A stretch of DNA of 57,856 nucleotides, the filler included, from Trypethelium eluteriae (Eukaryota), in assembly GCA_051942245.1 (NCBI GenBank). It is 2 parts of 2 records of this genome, joined end to end, with 100 filler letters (N's around TTAATTAATTAA, not from the genome) between each part and the next. Parts side by side here need not be neighbours in the genome. Positions count along the whole stretch, not along the records: positions 1 to 28,893 come from JAVECL010000300.1; 1 more part is not named here. One strand, written 5' to 3'. Below are positions 1 to 10,574 of this stretch, in pieces. A model generated the notes under the pieces. It worked only from the letters and a program-made list of their open reading frames with translations, was not told the DNA's origin and did not search any database. Position numbers and translations under genes: made by a program. The first letter of the stretch is position 1; every line of letters starts with the position of its first letter.

Positions 1-493
1 CCCCCTCCTCCTTCAACCGCAGCGCATACGCCTCCGCCTTCATCCGCTCCAGCGGCGGATTCGCCATAATCGCCGCCGTCTCGTCGGTTTCTGCCCCCGC
101 GGGATCCGCCTCAACGAGCGCACACCCGGACGAAATCACCAGCGGCTTCCCCGTACCCCGCAGCCCCGTCGCCATCGCGTCGACGGCTGCGGCGTCCGTG
201 GCGAGGATGTCAGAGTAGGGCGTCGCGCCGCTGAAGTCGTGGATGAAGGCGAGGTGCAGCACGGCGTCTGCTGCGGCGCTCTCGCGCTGCAGTACGTCGA
301 GGCTGCTGAGCTCGCCGCGGATGGGCGTCGCGCCGAGGTTGGAGAGGATGGTGTCGCCGGTGGGAGTGCGCGAGAGGCCGTGCACGGTGGCCCAGCCGGA
401 GGAGAGGGCCAGCTCGGTGACGACGCGGCCGATGTAGCCAGTTGCGCCGGTGATGAAGAGGCGGCCTTTGTTGGTGGGTGTGGGGTTGGACAT
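1..493 (-). CDS. NAD(P)-dependent epimerase/dehydratase (extended SDR family), 3' end outside window
   Basis: Manual minus-strand translation from ATG at 493: MSNPTPTNKGRLFITGATGYIGRVVTELALSSGWATVHGLSR. Rossmann TGxxGxxG motif; frame open to the window edge. Confidence 0.85.
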   Translation of the reverse strand, partial: MSNPTPTNKGRLFITGATGYIGRVVTELALSSGWATVHGLSRTPTGDTILSNLGATPIRGELSSLDVLQRESAAADAVLHLAFIHDFSGATPYSDILATDAAAVDAMATGLRGTGKPLVISSGCALVEADPAGAETDETAAIMANPPLERMKAEAYALRLKEEG

Positions 494-1160
494 TTTGAGA
501 TGTGGTTGGGGATGGTGTTGAGGATTGGGTGGTTGGGTGAGATTTAAGTGAGGTGGATTGAAAATTGAGTTGCTGATTGAGTTTGGATTTGCAGATGATA
601 ATAGATGATTTGAGCCTCGTTGAATCGAATACTGGCAATGATGGTGGAGCTACTTATGCAAATGTCTTTGGTGACTCGGAGATGCCGGATTTAACGCCCC
701 CGGCGATTGCGGCGAAACCACGAAAAGCAGCAACGAATACAGTACCAATAGTTAGTCCGTCCCCATCGGAGACGGACCAGTCCAATATTACTCAATAGAA
801 TGAGCTTTGAAGAAAGCTGATCAATCATGAAGTCGAATCCCGGGTTTGGACGAAGAACGAGCCATTGTTTACATAATTTTTGGCCAACATCTTCGGGTAT
901 CGATTGTTCCGCCTTCCGTGGTCAGACCCAAATTCTCAGTCTACCGTAGGAATGCAAGGGTATACTTCAAAAGGATTTGGGATGGACTTCTCGAAGTGAA
1001 TCAGAGACTATTTTTGCGCATTGTTATAATTACGGAGGTATGAAACCGCCCTCTATTTCCGAAACTTGGAATCGCGGTGTCCCGCTGGATGGCGTCACCA
1101 ATTCCGTGATTCTTTAAACCAGGTCCGAATACAGGTCGATCGGAGCGTTTGCGTTTGCAA

Positions 1161-1432
1161 GGTGACACATTCGTCAGGCACTTTCTGCTGTGTGGTTCTC
1201 CATAATCCCAGTCTATGACTTCTTTGTTGGCTGAGAGCGCGGTCTACAGCTGAAATCGGCAGCATACAGCGCAGCTGAAGCGGAGTGATACATTCGTTAA
1301 GCGCTTTCTACCACAGCGATGAATGAGTCAAACTTATGAAACTTCAAAATCCTAGGGCATGACTTCTGTATTGGCTCCAAGAGCGCGGTCTGCAGCTGAA
1401 ATGGAAGACACACAGCTCAACTCAAGCCGAAA
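1161..1432. repeat. Degenerate direct repeats upstream of the patatin gene
   Basis: gacttctttgttggctgagagcgcggtctacagctgaaat (~1217) matches gacttctgtattggctccaagagcgcggtctgcagctgaaat (~1361). gtgacacattcgtcaggcactttct (~1162) matches gtgatacattcgttaagcgctttct (~1285). Confidence 0.65.
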
Positions 1433-1652
1433 CCCTAGGGTCACACCGTCATGCAGTACTATCATTCCATGCGTGTGCCGGCCCTGGAGCTTGCTTGCAG
1501 ATGACTGGTAGAAGAAGCCCAGGCGCAAGCACTTGCTGGAGCCCCTAGCTTGAGAAAGCCACTCTTATAGACGCCGCGATGCGCTCTCTGCCCTTGTTGC
1601 TATTTTCTCTCATATCATTCTCTTTCATATCATTCCCTCTCATACCATCCCA

Positions 1653-3492
1653 ATGAGCCAGACACTCGCACTGAAGATGGGCGATGAGCCCAACCCAGTT
1701 GACAAGACGGGCCTCTGCCTGCTGTCGCTTGACGGAGGTGGCGTGCGCGGCCTTTCTACTCTCTACATCCTCAAAGGCCTCATGCAACGATTGAACCACG
1801 AACGCCAGAAAGAAGGACTACCAGCGGTCAAACCATGCGAGGTGTTTGACCTTATTGGCGGCACCAGCACGGGTGGGTAGGTTAGGTATTTTGGACACGT
1901 ACTTTGATAATCCGCTAATTAAGTCAGACTTATCGCTATTATGCTGGGCCGACTGGAGATGACAGTGGATGCCTGCATTGATGCATATGAGGAGCTGATG
2001 AAGTCGGTTTTTGAGGCCAAATCGAGTCGGCTACCGACCGGTTGGTTGGGGAAAACGAAAGCGCGATTTGATTCAAGTAAGCTGAGGAAGGCGATCGAGA
2101 AAAGTAGTCGCCCATAGTGGTGCCTCAAATGAAGCACTGTTCGATGACGGACGGCAACGCGGCTGTCGGGTGTAAGTAAAGACGTGCAGTGTTTCGTCTC
2201 TTGCTTACAGAGGCTAGCTTTGTCTGCACGACTGCACACGAAACCTTAGGCATAACACGACTTCGAAGCTACTATTTGTCTAGTAAACTCAATATTCCAG
2301 CAACGATCTGTGAAGCTGCGCTAGCAACATCAGCCGCGACAGGCTTCTTCGATCCTGTATACATTGGAGCGCGAAAGTTTGAGGATGGAGTGTTAGGAGC
2401 GAACAATCTGACAGAGGAAGTGGAAGAGGAGGCAGCTAATATCTGGTGCCCTGACAGTCGTGAGCTATGGTCGCTTGTTAAATGTTTCATCTCTGTTGGC
2501 ACGGGAAACCCAGGCAAGAAGGCGATTGATGACAATATGCTAAATTTCCTGTCCAAAACGCTTGTGCAACTAATAACAGAGATGGAAAACACGGAAAGAA
2601 GAATAATGGCGCGGTGGGCGCCCCTTTCCACTGGGAAGCGATACTTTCGGCTGAACGTCGAGCAGGGCTTACAGGATGTCAGGTTGGCAGAGTACAAGGA
2701 GCGAGGTAGAATTGAAGCAGTCACAGGCGAGTATTTGGATCATGCGCAGCAAGATGCACGAATAAAAGACTGTGTTACGAATATTAAAGAGAAACAAAGT
2801 GTGTACATTAAGGACTTTGCGTAATGTGTAGTATACCTATTGACAATCTATAGATTTCACCAGTACCATGTTTGAAGCCGTTGTAGAGGTAATTACCCCT
2901 TCACTTGCTTGTATAATCGATGCTTACACCTGTGTAGAAGTACACTCTCCGTATCATCCAAAATCAGCCGAGTATGGTCCTTCTGCAACTCAATAGGTGC
3001 AAATCAACTGATTTGTCAACAGAATCGCGCGTCTACTGCAATATCCCTTTCCCCCGGAATCCGCGGTTCGCTGGCCGCGACGAGCAGCTCGAGCTGCTGC
3101 ATAAGAAAGTCGCAAACAATCACAAAGGCCAAAAAATTGCTAAAACTGGCCTTGGCGGCATAGGCAAGACACAGATCGTACTTAAGCTTGCTTATCAAGT
3201 TGGAGTGGAGGCGCCTGAATGTTCCATCTTTTGGATCCCCGCAATAACTAGGGAAGGCTTGGAACAGACGTACACTGATATTGTGCAGGAGCTCCAGATT
3301 GAAGGATGGAAAGAGAAGGGAGACGACAGCAAAGCACTTTTGCGACGTTATCTTAGCCAGAAGAGTACTCCGCTTTGTTACAAAGGCCAGGTGATATGTC
3401 CAGCTACCTACCTGCTTCACGTGTGCAGACGCGGACGCGTCCATAAGACGGAGAAATCGCAGGACGCACTGGTTTCAAAGAGCTTTATCTAG
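1653..3492 (+). pseudogene. Patatin-like phospholipase-NB-ARC (fungal NLR-like) gene, frameshifted and truncated
   Basis: Patatin motifs LLSLDGGGVRG and GTSTGG; ATSAATGFF; DGV in place of DGG. NB-ARC N-terminus IPFPRNPRFAGR and Walker A GLGGIGKTQ. Introns 1877-1927, 2172-2217, 2799-2853, 2889-2937, 2972-3022. Extra A at ~2100-2103 shifts the frame. Similarity stops after YLSQKS (~3366), with no Walker B or TPRs. Confidence 0.8.
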
Positions 3493-3984
3493 TTCCGAGG
3501 TGATCGACGCTGGCCGCGCATCAAGACCATATCATTGGGTAGTCCACCTTAGTGCATGGGCCATCTCGAACCCCTTTATTTGGTAGAATTTGCTCAGCCG
3601 CACACCATTAGCGACGACTCACAAAAGTGACCACCGCCATCTGCAATTCTGCTTCATCTGAAGGTGCTCATGCTGGTTGCCTAGCATCTAGTCCGTCTAC
3701 TAATCCGCACCAGAGGCGTAGAATGCCCCCCATAAGTTCTGAGAGCTGGATGACTCCGGCAATCTACCCACGCCCCAGTGCGAATCTCCATCTACTAAAT
3801 TAGCAACACTAGCTACCCGACTGGTAATAGCATCTTCTAGGATCCAGGACATGTAACGCTCAAGTCTCTTTCCTTCTCTTCTTCTCTTATCCTGCGGCCT
3901 TTCTTACCATGTTTGACTGTCTAGCATGTTGATTTTCACTACTCCTCTTCCTGCCAAACCAGAGTCAAACGTGACGGTCGAGAG

Positions 3985-6900
3985 ATGACTCCAACATGGA
4001 TTGGGCTCACTGTCATTGGCTCCTTTCTCCATTTATCCTATAGCGCGGCTCAAAATACTACTATTTCGGGGTCCTCCTTGCTACAGAGAACATCCACACT
4101 GAAGACTGACACAAGCCAAAGTAGTATCAGTAGCGGTCTTGGCCGGTACATCAATTCTGGCCTTGGCGGTGGAAGTAGTGTCGTTACTACTGCTTCGACA
4201 TATTCAAGCTCATATCAGACTTCGAGTAGTACATTTACACCGATAAAGACACAACCGACCAGTGTGCGAAAACCTCCAAGCTCAATCAACTCTACAGTGA
4301 GCCTTAACGCAAGCGATACCGATCTTGCCTGTCAGGCCAGTTCAGTCGCTTGGTATCTTACTGGACAGGCCATCGAGAATAACTCGGCCAACTATGAGAC
4401 TCAGACATCGTACTTCACAGACACTTATGAAGGTGATATCTCTTACGGGACCGCTGATGTCTATACCACCTCGGATGGATTCGTTCATGCCCATGGAAAC
4501 TTTACAGTCACAGCCACTAGTTCCTTTTCCACGACGTCTGTCCGAACTGACCTGGACCCGGAATTGAAAAGCAATGTAACTTACCCTGCGGCACCTGATT
4601 GTACCATTGACTCAAGCGTTTGCGCTTCCTTATACCGATCCTATCGATCCAGTCTTAGCATTGCGCCCACGGCACCTATTCCGAACATTTATCCAATCCC
4701 GACAAATTCTCCATACTGTTACGACCCACAATCTATGGCCGCACTCAGCACTTTCAACGCCTCAACATTGCCATGTGACATTACGGGATACAATGTCCAA
4801 CTGTTCTACTGGGCCCCTCCGGCAACAGACGGAGGCAATGCCAGCGTTACGGCAGGACCAGTAGCTGTCACTACAGTTTACAAGAATGTGACTATGACCT
4901 CACCTTCCATCTATCTATCATTTGATAGCCTTCAGGCCAATATCCTAGTCACCGGCCATGAGAATCAATATATCCCTGTTGGAAAACAGTACACGAATCC
5001 ACCGATTGTCTCCATAAATCCGGCTGAACTGTCGACACTCACCAAAACCATTTCAGATAAAAACATGGCCAGCGTCGTCAGCGAAATCGCCCGTGGTGGC
5101 CCAGACTACCTAAGCTATGTCAGTGCGCTGTATCTTGAATACTTCGACGGCGGCCAAAACAATTACTCCGCCGTCCCAGTCAACGGAGCAGACATCGCAA
5201 CCCCGGATCCTATGGCCTATTACCTGGGCGGTGGGTGGGGTGAAACCGGTCCACCGGGATGCAACACTGGGTTCTCTCAGCCGGAATGCGGAACCATCTT
5301 CGACGACGCCTACCGAGTCCAGCTGGCCGTTCCCAAAGAAGTCCGCGACATTGATCCGGCGTGGGCGACTTGCGCCCTCCCCCTCTTCGGTGTATATGAT
5401 CCTCCTCACGTCCTCGTCCCAGCCGCTGCAGCAGCCGTGCCCACTTCCTCGGCCATGCCATCAAGACAGTCCGCCGCACCAGCATCACCCATCATGACGA
5501 CCTTACCACAGAATACCGCAGGGCCAGGACAAATTATACCGTTGACGGCACATAGGGAAAGTACGGCTACGGGCGGTATTCAGTTGCCGTCAACCCCACC
5601 GGCTCCAGCTTCTCCGGATAGTGATCCTTCTGCGGGTCCTGAAGCAGAGCATTCAGACCCGGTTTCACAGGGAATAGGCAGCGCTATAGTGTCTCTTGCG
5701 CAGGGTCAAGGCTCAGGTAATGATCCGGGTTACGGGAATGGCCAAAGCCTTGGAAGCGGTCAAGGCACTGGTGGGAGTCAAGGCGGAAGTCAAGGTGGGA
5801 ATCAAGGCGGAAGTCAGGGTGGGAGTCAAGGTGGGAGTCAAGGTGGGAGTCAAGATGGGGGACAAGGTGGCAGTCAAGGTGGGAGTCAAGATGGGGGACA
5901 AGATCCTGGTGCTAGCCGAGGATCCGGGACTGCTCTGGGTTCGAACGGGGGTACTAATCCACAGGACGGCCAAGGTTCTAGTGCTGGCCCGGGCGCAGAT
6001 GACAGGCAAGATCCGGCACCAGGACCGGCTGGGAATGAAGCTGCTGATGCAGGCGGCTCGATCGCATCTATTATCAGTGGTCAAGGAAGCAACGCACAAG
6101 CGGGTGACGGTTTTGAGACACCTGGGAACGGCCACTCTGCGCAAGGAAGTGCTGGACCGGGTGCAAATGGCTATGGAGGCAGCAACGAGGGAAACCCAGA
6201 GCCCGGAAACACAGGTTCAGGAAGCTCTTCTGCGCAAGGAGGTCCTTCTCAAGACGGTGCGAAGCCAGGGCCTGGTGGTGCGGTCACTAATGGACAGGTT
6301 GTCGGCAATGCAAACCAAGGAGCGCTGAGCGCAGTCTCTCCCATCGCAACAATCGGTGGGCAAGCAGTCAATCTCGCTCCCTCGTCTGGAGGTATTATGG
6401 TCGGTGGCATAACCTACAAGCCGGGTGAAGCTGCGGTTATTGGAGGCACCTCCATCTCCATCGGTGCAAACAATATCGTGGTCGGCACTGGTGCGGGCGC
6501 ATACTCCTTTCCGCTCGGGACGTCGGCTGCAGATCCGGATCCATCAGGAGCCGTGGCTACTATTGGCGGAGAGGCTATCTCTTATGAAGCAAATGGTAGT
6601 GGTATCGATATTGGCGGATCTCGCTTATCTGAGGGCGGTTTAATGACTATCGCGGGCACCCCTATCTCATATGGCCCAGCTGGACTTGTGATAGGCACTG
6701 GTACTTCGGCTTCTACCGTTCCGCTTCCAAACGAAGCTGTGTCAATCGCTGCACTCACCCCGATCGCCACCCTTGCTGGCCAGGTCTTCCGCGCCGACCC
6801 GTCTAATCCAGATGAAGTCATCCTCCCTAACGGCCAAATCCTCTCCGCAGGTGGACCAGCCGCGAGCGTCGACGGCTCTCAGGTTTCTGTTGGACCTAAT

Positions 6901-7413
6901 GGCAAACTGACCATAGCAGGCTCCACTGCTAGCGAAACTATCGCGCTCCCCACCCAGGCCGGTATGCTCACGGAGACTGCATCGGGCGCGATCTTCACTG
7001 GCACAGATGGAGCACGAATTGCGGCTATCGAGACCACTACCAACGGAAGGGCTGAGGTGCTGCTTGAAGAGTCACGATCGATCATCGCAACGCTCCCCGC
7101 AGGTGGTGCGGCAGTAACAGTGGATGGTGAGGTTGTGAGCGCCGGGACTGCTGGTCTTGCTATGGAGAGCGAAGGTGCGAAGCAAAACCAAGGAACTACG
7201 ATTCCGTTTTCTGCCATTACTGTTACAGAATCCGAGAATGGGGACACCAAGGCCACTTCTACGGGAACCGGAGCCAGTGGGCCATCATCTGGAAACAGTG
7301 GCAGCAGTGGCGCTCAAGCAAGTGCGACTACAGCTACAAACTCCGCTACCCATCGATATGAGGCTGGGCTCATGAACTTGATAGTGTTGGGCTGTGTATT
7401 ATGGTTGCGATAA
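3985..7413 (+). CDS. Large secreted, probably GPI-anchored Ser/Thr/Gly-rich cell-surface protein
   Basis: 1142-aa ORF with a hydrophobic N-terminal signal, a Cys-containing domain, GGSQ repeats, beta-rich Gly/Ile/Thr repeats, an S/T-rich stalk and a hydrophobic C-terminal tail (LMNLIVLGCVLWLR). Confidence 0.8.
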   Translation: MTPTWIGLTVIGSFLHLSYSAAQNTTISGSSLLQRTSTLKTDTSQSSISSGLGRYINSGLGGGSSVVTTASTYSSSYQTSSSTFTPIKTQPTSVRKPPSSINSTVSLNASDTDLACQASSVAWYLTGQAIENNSANYETQTSYFTDTYEGDISYGTADVYTTSDGFVHAHGNFTVTATSSFSTTSVRTDLDPELKSNVTYPAAPDCTIDSSVCASLYRSYRSSLSIAPTAPIPNIYPIPTNSPYCYDPQSMAALSTFNASTLPCDITGYNVQLFYWAPPATDGGNASVTAGPVAVTTVYKNVTMTSPSIYLSFDSLQANILVTGHENQYIPVGKQYTNPPIVSINPAELSTLTKTISDKNMASVVSEIARGGPDYLSYVSALYLEYFDGGQNNYSAVPVNGADIATPDPMAYYLGGGWGETGPPGCNTGFSQPECGTIFDDAYRVQLAVPKEVRDIDPAWATCALPLFGVYDPPHVLVPAAAAAVPTSSAMPSRQSAAPASPIMTTLPQNTAGPGQIIPLTAHRESTATGGIQLPSTPPAPASPDSDPSAGPEAEHSDPVSQGIGSAIVSLAQGQGSGNDPGYGNGQSLGSGQGTGGSQGGSQGGNQGGSQGGSQGGSQGGSQDGGQGGSQGGSQDGGQDPGASRGSGTALGSNGGTNPQDGQGSSAGPGADDRQDPAPGPAGNEAADAGGSIASIISGQGSNAQAGDGFETPGNGHSAQGSAGPGANGYGGSNEGNPEPGNTGSGSSSAQGGPSQDGAKPGPGGAVTNGQVVGNANQGALSAVSPIATIGGQAVNLAPSSGGIMVGGITYKPGEAAVIGGTSISIGANNIVVGTGAGAYSFPLGTSAADPDPSGAVATIGGEAISYEANGSGIDIGGSRLSEGGLMTIAGTPISYGPAGLVIGTGTSASTVPLPNEAVSIAALTPIATLAGQVFRADPSNPDEVILPNGQILSAGGPAASVDGSQVSVGPNGKLTIAGSTASETIALPTQAGMLTETASGAIFTGTDGARIAAIETTTNGRAEVLLEESRSIIATLPAGGAAVTVDGEVVSAGTAGLAMESEGAKQNQGTTIPFSAITVTESENGDTKATSTGTGASGPSSGNSGSSGAQASATTATNSATHRYEAGLMNLIVLGCVLWLR
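5767..5904 (+). repeat. Coding 12-bp tandem repeat (GGSQ/DGGQ)
   Basis: About 11 units of ggtgggagtcaa-like sequence within the 3985-7413 ORF. Confidence 0.9.
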
Positions 7414-7945
7414 TTTTGGAGAGGGCATTACCGCAACACCCTTCTACGTGGAGTCTGGATCGCATCGGCAAAAATCATCGACGATTGTTTGAATTAATAA
7501 CGACACCAAACTCCACTATTGATGATACCCGTGCGGAGTTTTCATTTCCTTGTTCGACAGACGATTAATAGACAGACGAATGCTGACCAGGACCCGATGT
7601 ATTTGCATAGAGCTTTCCATCAATTGGAAAGTCGGTGTCCGGTCTGCAACAGAGTCAAGAGAACGATAATTAGATGTAAATATATTGATGAGTCATTCAA
7701 GAAGTTCGATAAATACATAAACATCTGACCTGAATCTTTATGCAGATCTATTGATTTTGGCCACATCTTCACATATCTATCGCAAACAGACTGTGCTCGA
7801 AGTGTACAAGTCATCTCATAGTTCTCCACAAACAAGGCGCTGAAATCCGCCTCCAACATATTCAGCGTAGATGAGATCTAGATCAAAGATCGCCACGATA
7901 ATGGATTCAAGCGGGAGAGCCACTCAAAAGGACTATCCAAGGACC

Positions 7946-9160
7946 CTACGATACGGTCAAGGCGCCCACAATTGCATCCATCGCACTACTTTGCGTACTC
8001 GCATTCGCCGGGGAGACAAATGGGCCAGACCACACCACACTCAACTCATTCCCCACACCCCGATCATCTGCCCAAATCGCATTCGCATTGTCCTGCAGAA
8101 AGGTCTTGTATCTCACCTCAGGACTCGCTTGCTGCAGTCGCTGCAAATTCCGCGCAAACACGCCCTTGAATTGGCTGCCGTCCGCACCGCAGTCCGGCTC
8201 GCACGGGTCATGCAGAACACCGTTAGCGTCGGTCAGATTAGCGATAGCAGCATCAGCAATGCGTTTCGCGGTGCTGAGGTACGCCACGCTGTTCTCTTCG
8301 CTGTCGGCGCTGTTGAGCTCGGCGAGGGCGCCGAGGACGACGCCTTGGTTGTAGGACCAGACGGTGCCGTTGTTGTTGCGGCAGGTGGTGAGGTTGAGGC
8401 CGTCGTTGATGGTGTTTTGGGCGTTGATCATGCCGCTGGATTGGAACCAGGCCCATTCTCTCTGCGCCCAGCGCAGGTAGTAGGATGATTTGCTGGGGGC
8501 GCGGTTGGCGAGGTGGGCGCCGACGGAGAGGAAGAGCTCGTTCGCGATGGCGTTCACGTAGGTGTGGTTTTTGTCCCACCAGATGCCGCCGCACGGGGTG
8601 GTGTCGTAGCTGGCGGCCATGTCTTGGAAGATGGACTCGGCGGTGTGGAGGTATCGAGTGTCGCCAGTTACATCGTAGACAGCGATCCAGGCGAGGGCCC
8701 ACCACCCTTCGTCATCGTAGTAGCTATTGAGAAAGCCATTGGGGTGATGGAAGGGGGGTTTGGGATGGTGTAGGGGAAACCAAGGCCAGAAATTGCCGTA
8801 ATATGACCATGGAAGCCAATTGGTTCCCACACCCTTCTGCTGTTGTAGATTATATGCTTGAGCCTTCTCGAAGGTCCGAGGGAAGATGGATTCGGCTTTG
8901 GTCTTTACATTGGAGTCGATGGCCGCGAGATCGGCAACAACGGTCAGACAGTTCGCGCTATTCCACCACCCTGGAGCTGGTCAGTAAAGAGTAGAGGATA
9001 CAGTCGGCATGTTCATACCTGTCGATGGGATCCAGAGGCCAATGCTTTGGTTATACCACTGCTGCAGTGTGTTGAAGCTTAGTTCAGCATCTGATACAGA
9101 GATGGAATGAGACGTAACAGCCAGCAAAGCGACAAGCGCTTGGATACTCGACTTCAACAT
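7946..9160 (-). CDS. Glycoside hydrolase family 76 (alpha-1,6-mannanase-like), secreted
   Basis: Signal peptide MLKSSIQALVALLAV; intron 8971-9018; motifs GWWNSAN, YYDDEGWW (catalytic DD), NAIANELF, WSYNQGV, FKGVFARNL. Confidence 0.92.
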
Positions 9161-10574
9161 TGCAATGGCCAGGGATAAATCCCAGCCCAAGACAAGGCCA
9201 TTGCAGGCCATTGCCCAGTCTTATACCAGGCGCCATGGTAGTCCTCGAAACTAGCCTCGAGCAGGTTGCTGGCGGCTCAAAGCCGGTGTCTCTTGAAGGG
9301 AATGGCAAAGATCTGCCATTTTGATGCGTGTGGAGGTCAACTTGCAGGACCCCACTTGGCAGGCTCGAAAAGCTGGGGGGGCGAAGGAAGGGCTGCAAGG
9401 GATGCTAAAGCCAGTCCGTGGACTCTAGCAGCATTGCTCCGCAGATGGGACATGCGGAGGAGTTTGAAGGGTGGGGAATGTTTACCGTAGAGTCTCACCT
9501 TCGGGATGGATTTGTTTAGATGTCGGGCCGGATGGGACCGAGTGGGTGTAGAGTATTTTAGTCTTCAATCTCTTCCAACTTCAGCACCCACGAAACGATA
9601 TTTCGCCATCCCGATCTCCTAGTCCTCCTCTCGTTTCTGGAAGATAGGAGAATCTGCACGTTGCGTCAGGTATGATGCAGACCGCCTTTTCCGATATGAT
9701 CTCCGCCATCGAATTCTTGCGCTTCGCCTGTACTTTGCGTCTGGTAGAGTATCGACTTGTCTGCCGTGCTCAAGGATAGCTCTGTATCCTAATTACGTCG
9801 GGTTACACATTTTAACTGTACCCTTCCTTTCAGAACGTTTCTGGCCTTGGACAAAAACGCTAATAAACAATTTTGTTGCGGCAACGAAGTTGGTGTCGAA
9901 ATTCGGTCTGGCCTCGACGTGAATTTGCTTGAGAATACTGGGCATTGCAACAAGAGGGTAATGTTGACGGGAAAGCAAATATATCTCTCGTGCATGAGTT
10001 TTGCGAATGTAAAATGATTCAGACAAATTTTATGGCAGTTAGAGAACCATGAAATGAACTTGGCGGAGCAAAAATAGCACGATGAGAGGCAAGTAGAATA
10101 GATTAGGTAGGTAACGAAATACTACAGCAATATTTGTTGCTTCCTTCAACATTTTCTCCACGGCGTGAGTGTTTCTTTGAGCTTCCAATTCCTAGTCGTT
10201 GGGGAAGGCATAGGATCAGGTGGGTCGCTAGTGTCCAAGCACGCTTAAGATGATAGTAATATAGAAACTGGAACTGGGTAGCACTCGAAGGTATTACTGA
10301 TGAATGGCCCAGTATGGTTTGCGTTACTGCAACACAATTGTACTTACTCAGAGTTATGTCGTCTTCACGTGTCACATGAGATACCTGACGTAGTAGAGAT
10401 CACATGAACCTGTAATCCTTTGACACAAATCACGATGGTAGCACACATTGTTTTCTTTAGCTTTGAGATCAACATTGATACTCTCATCGTCGTCTCCATA
10501 AATGACATGTCACTACTCTTATCGGAAATACGTCCCCTGATATCAGGTCATTCACCGAACCAGCGTACTGTCCA

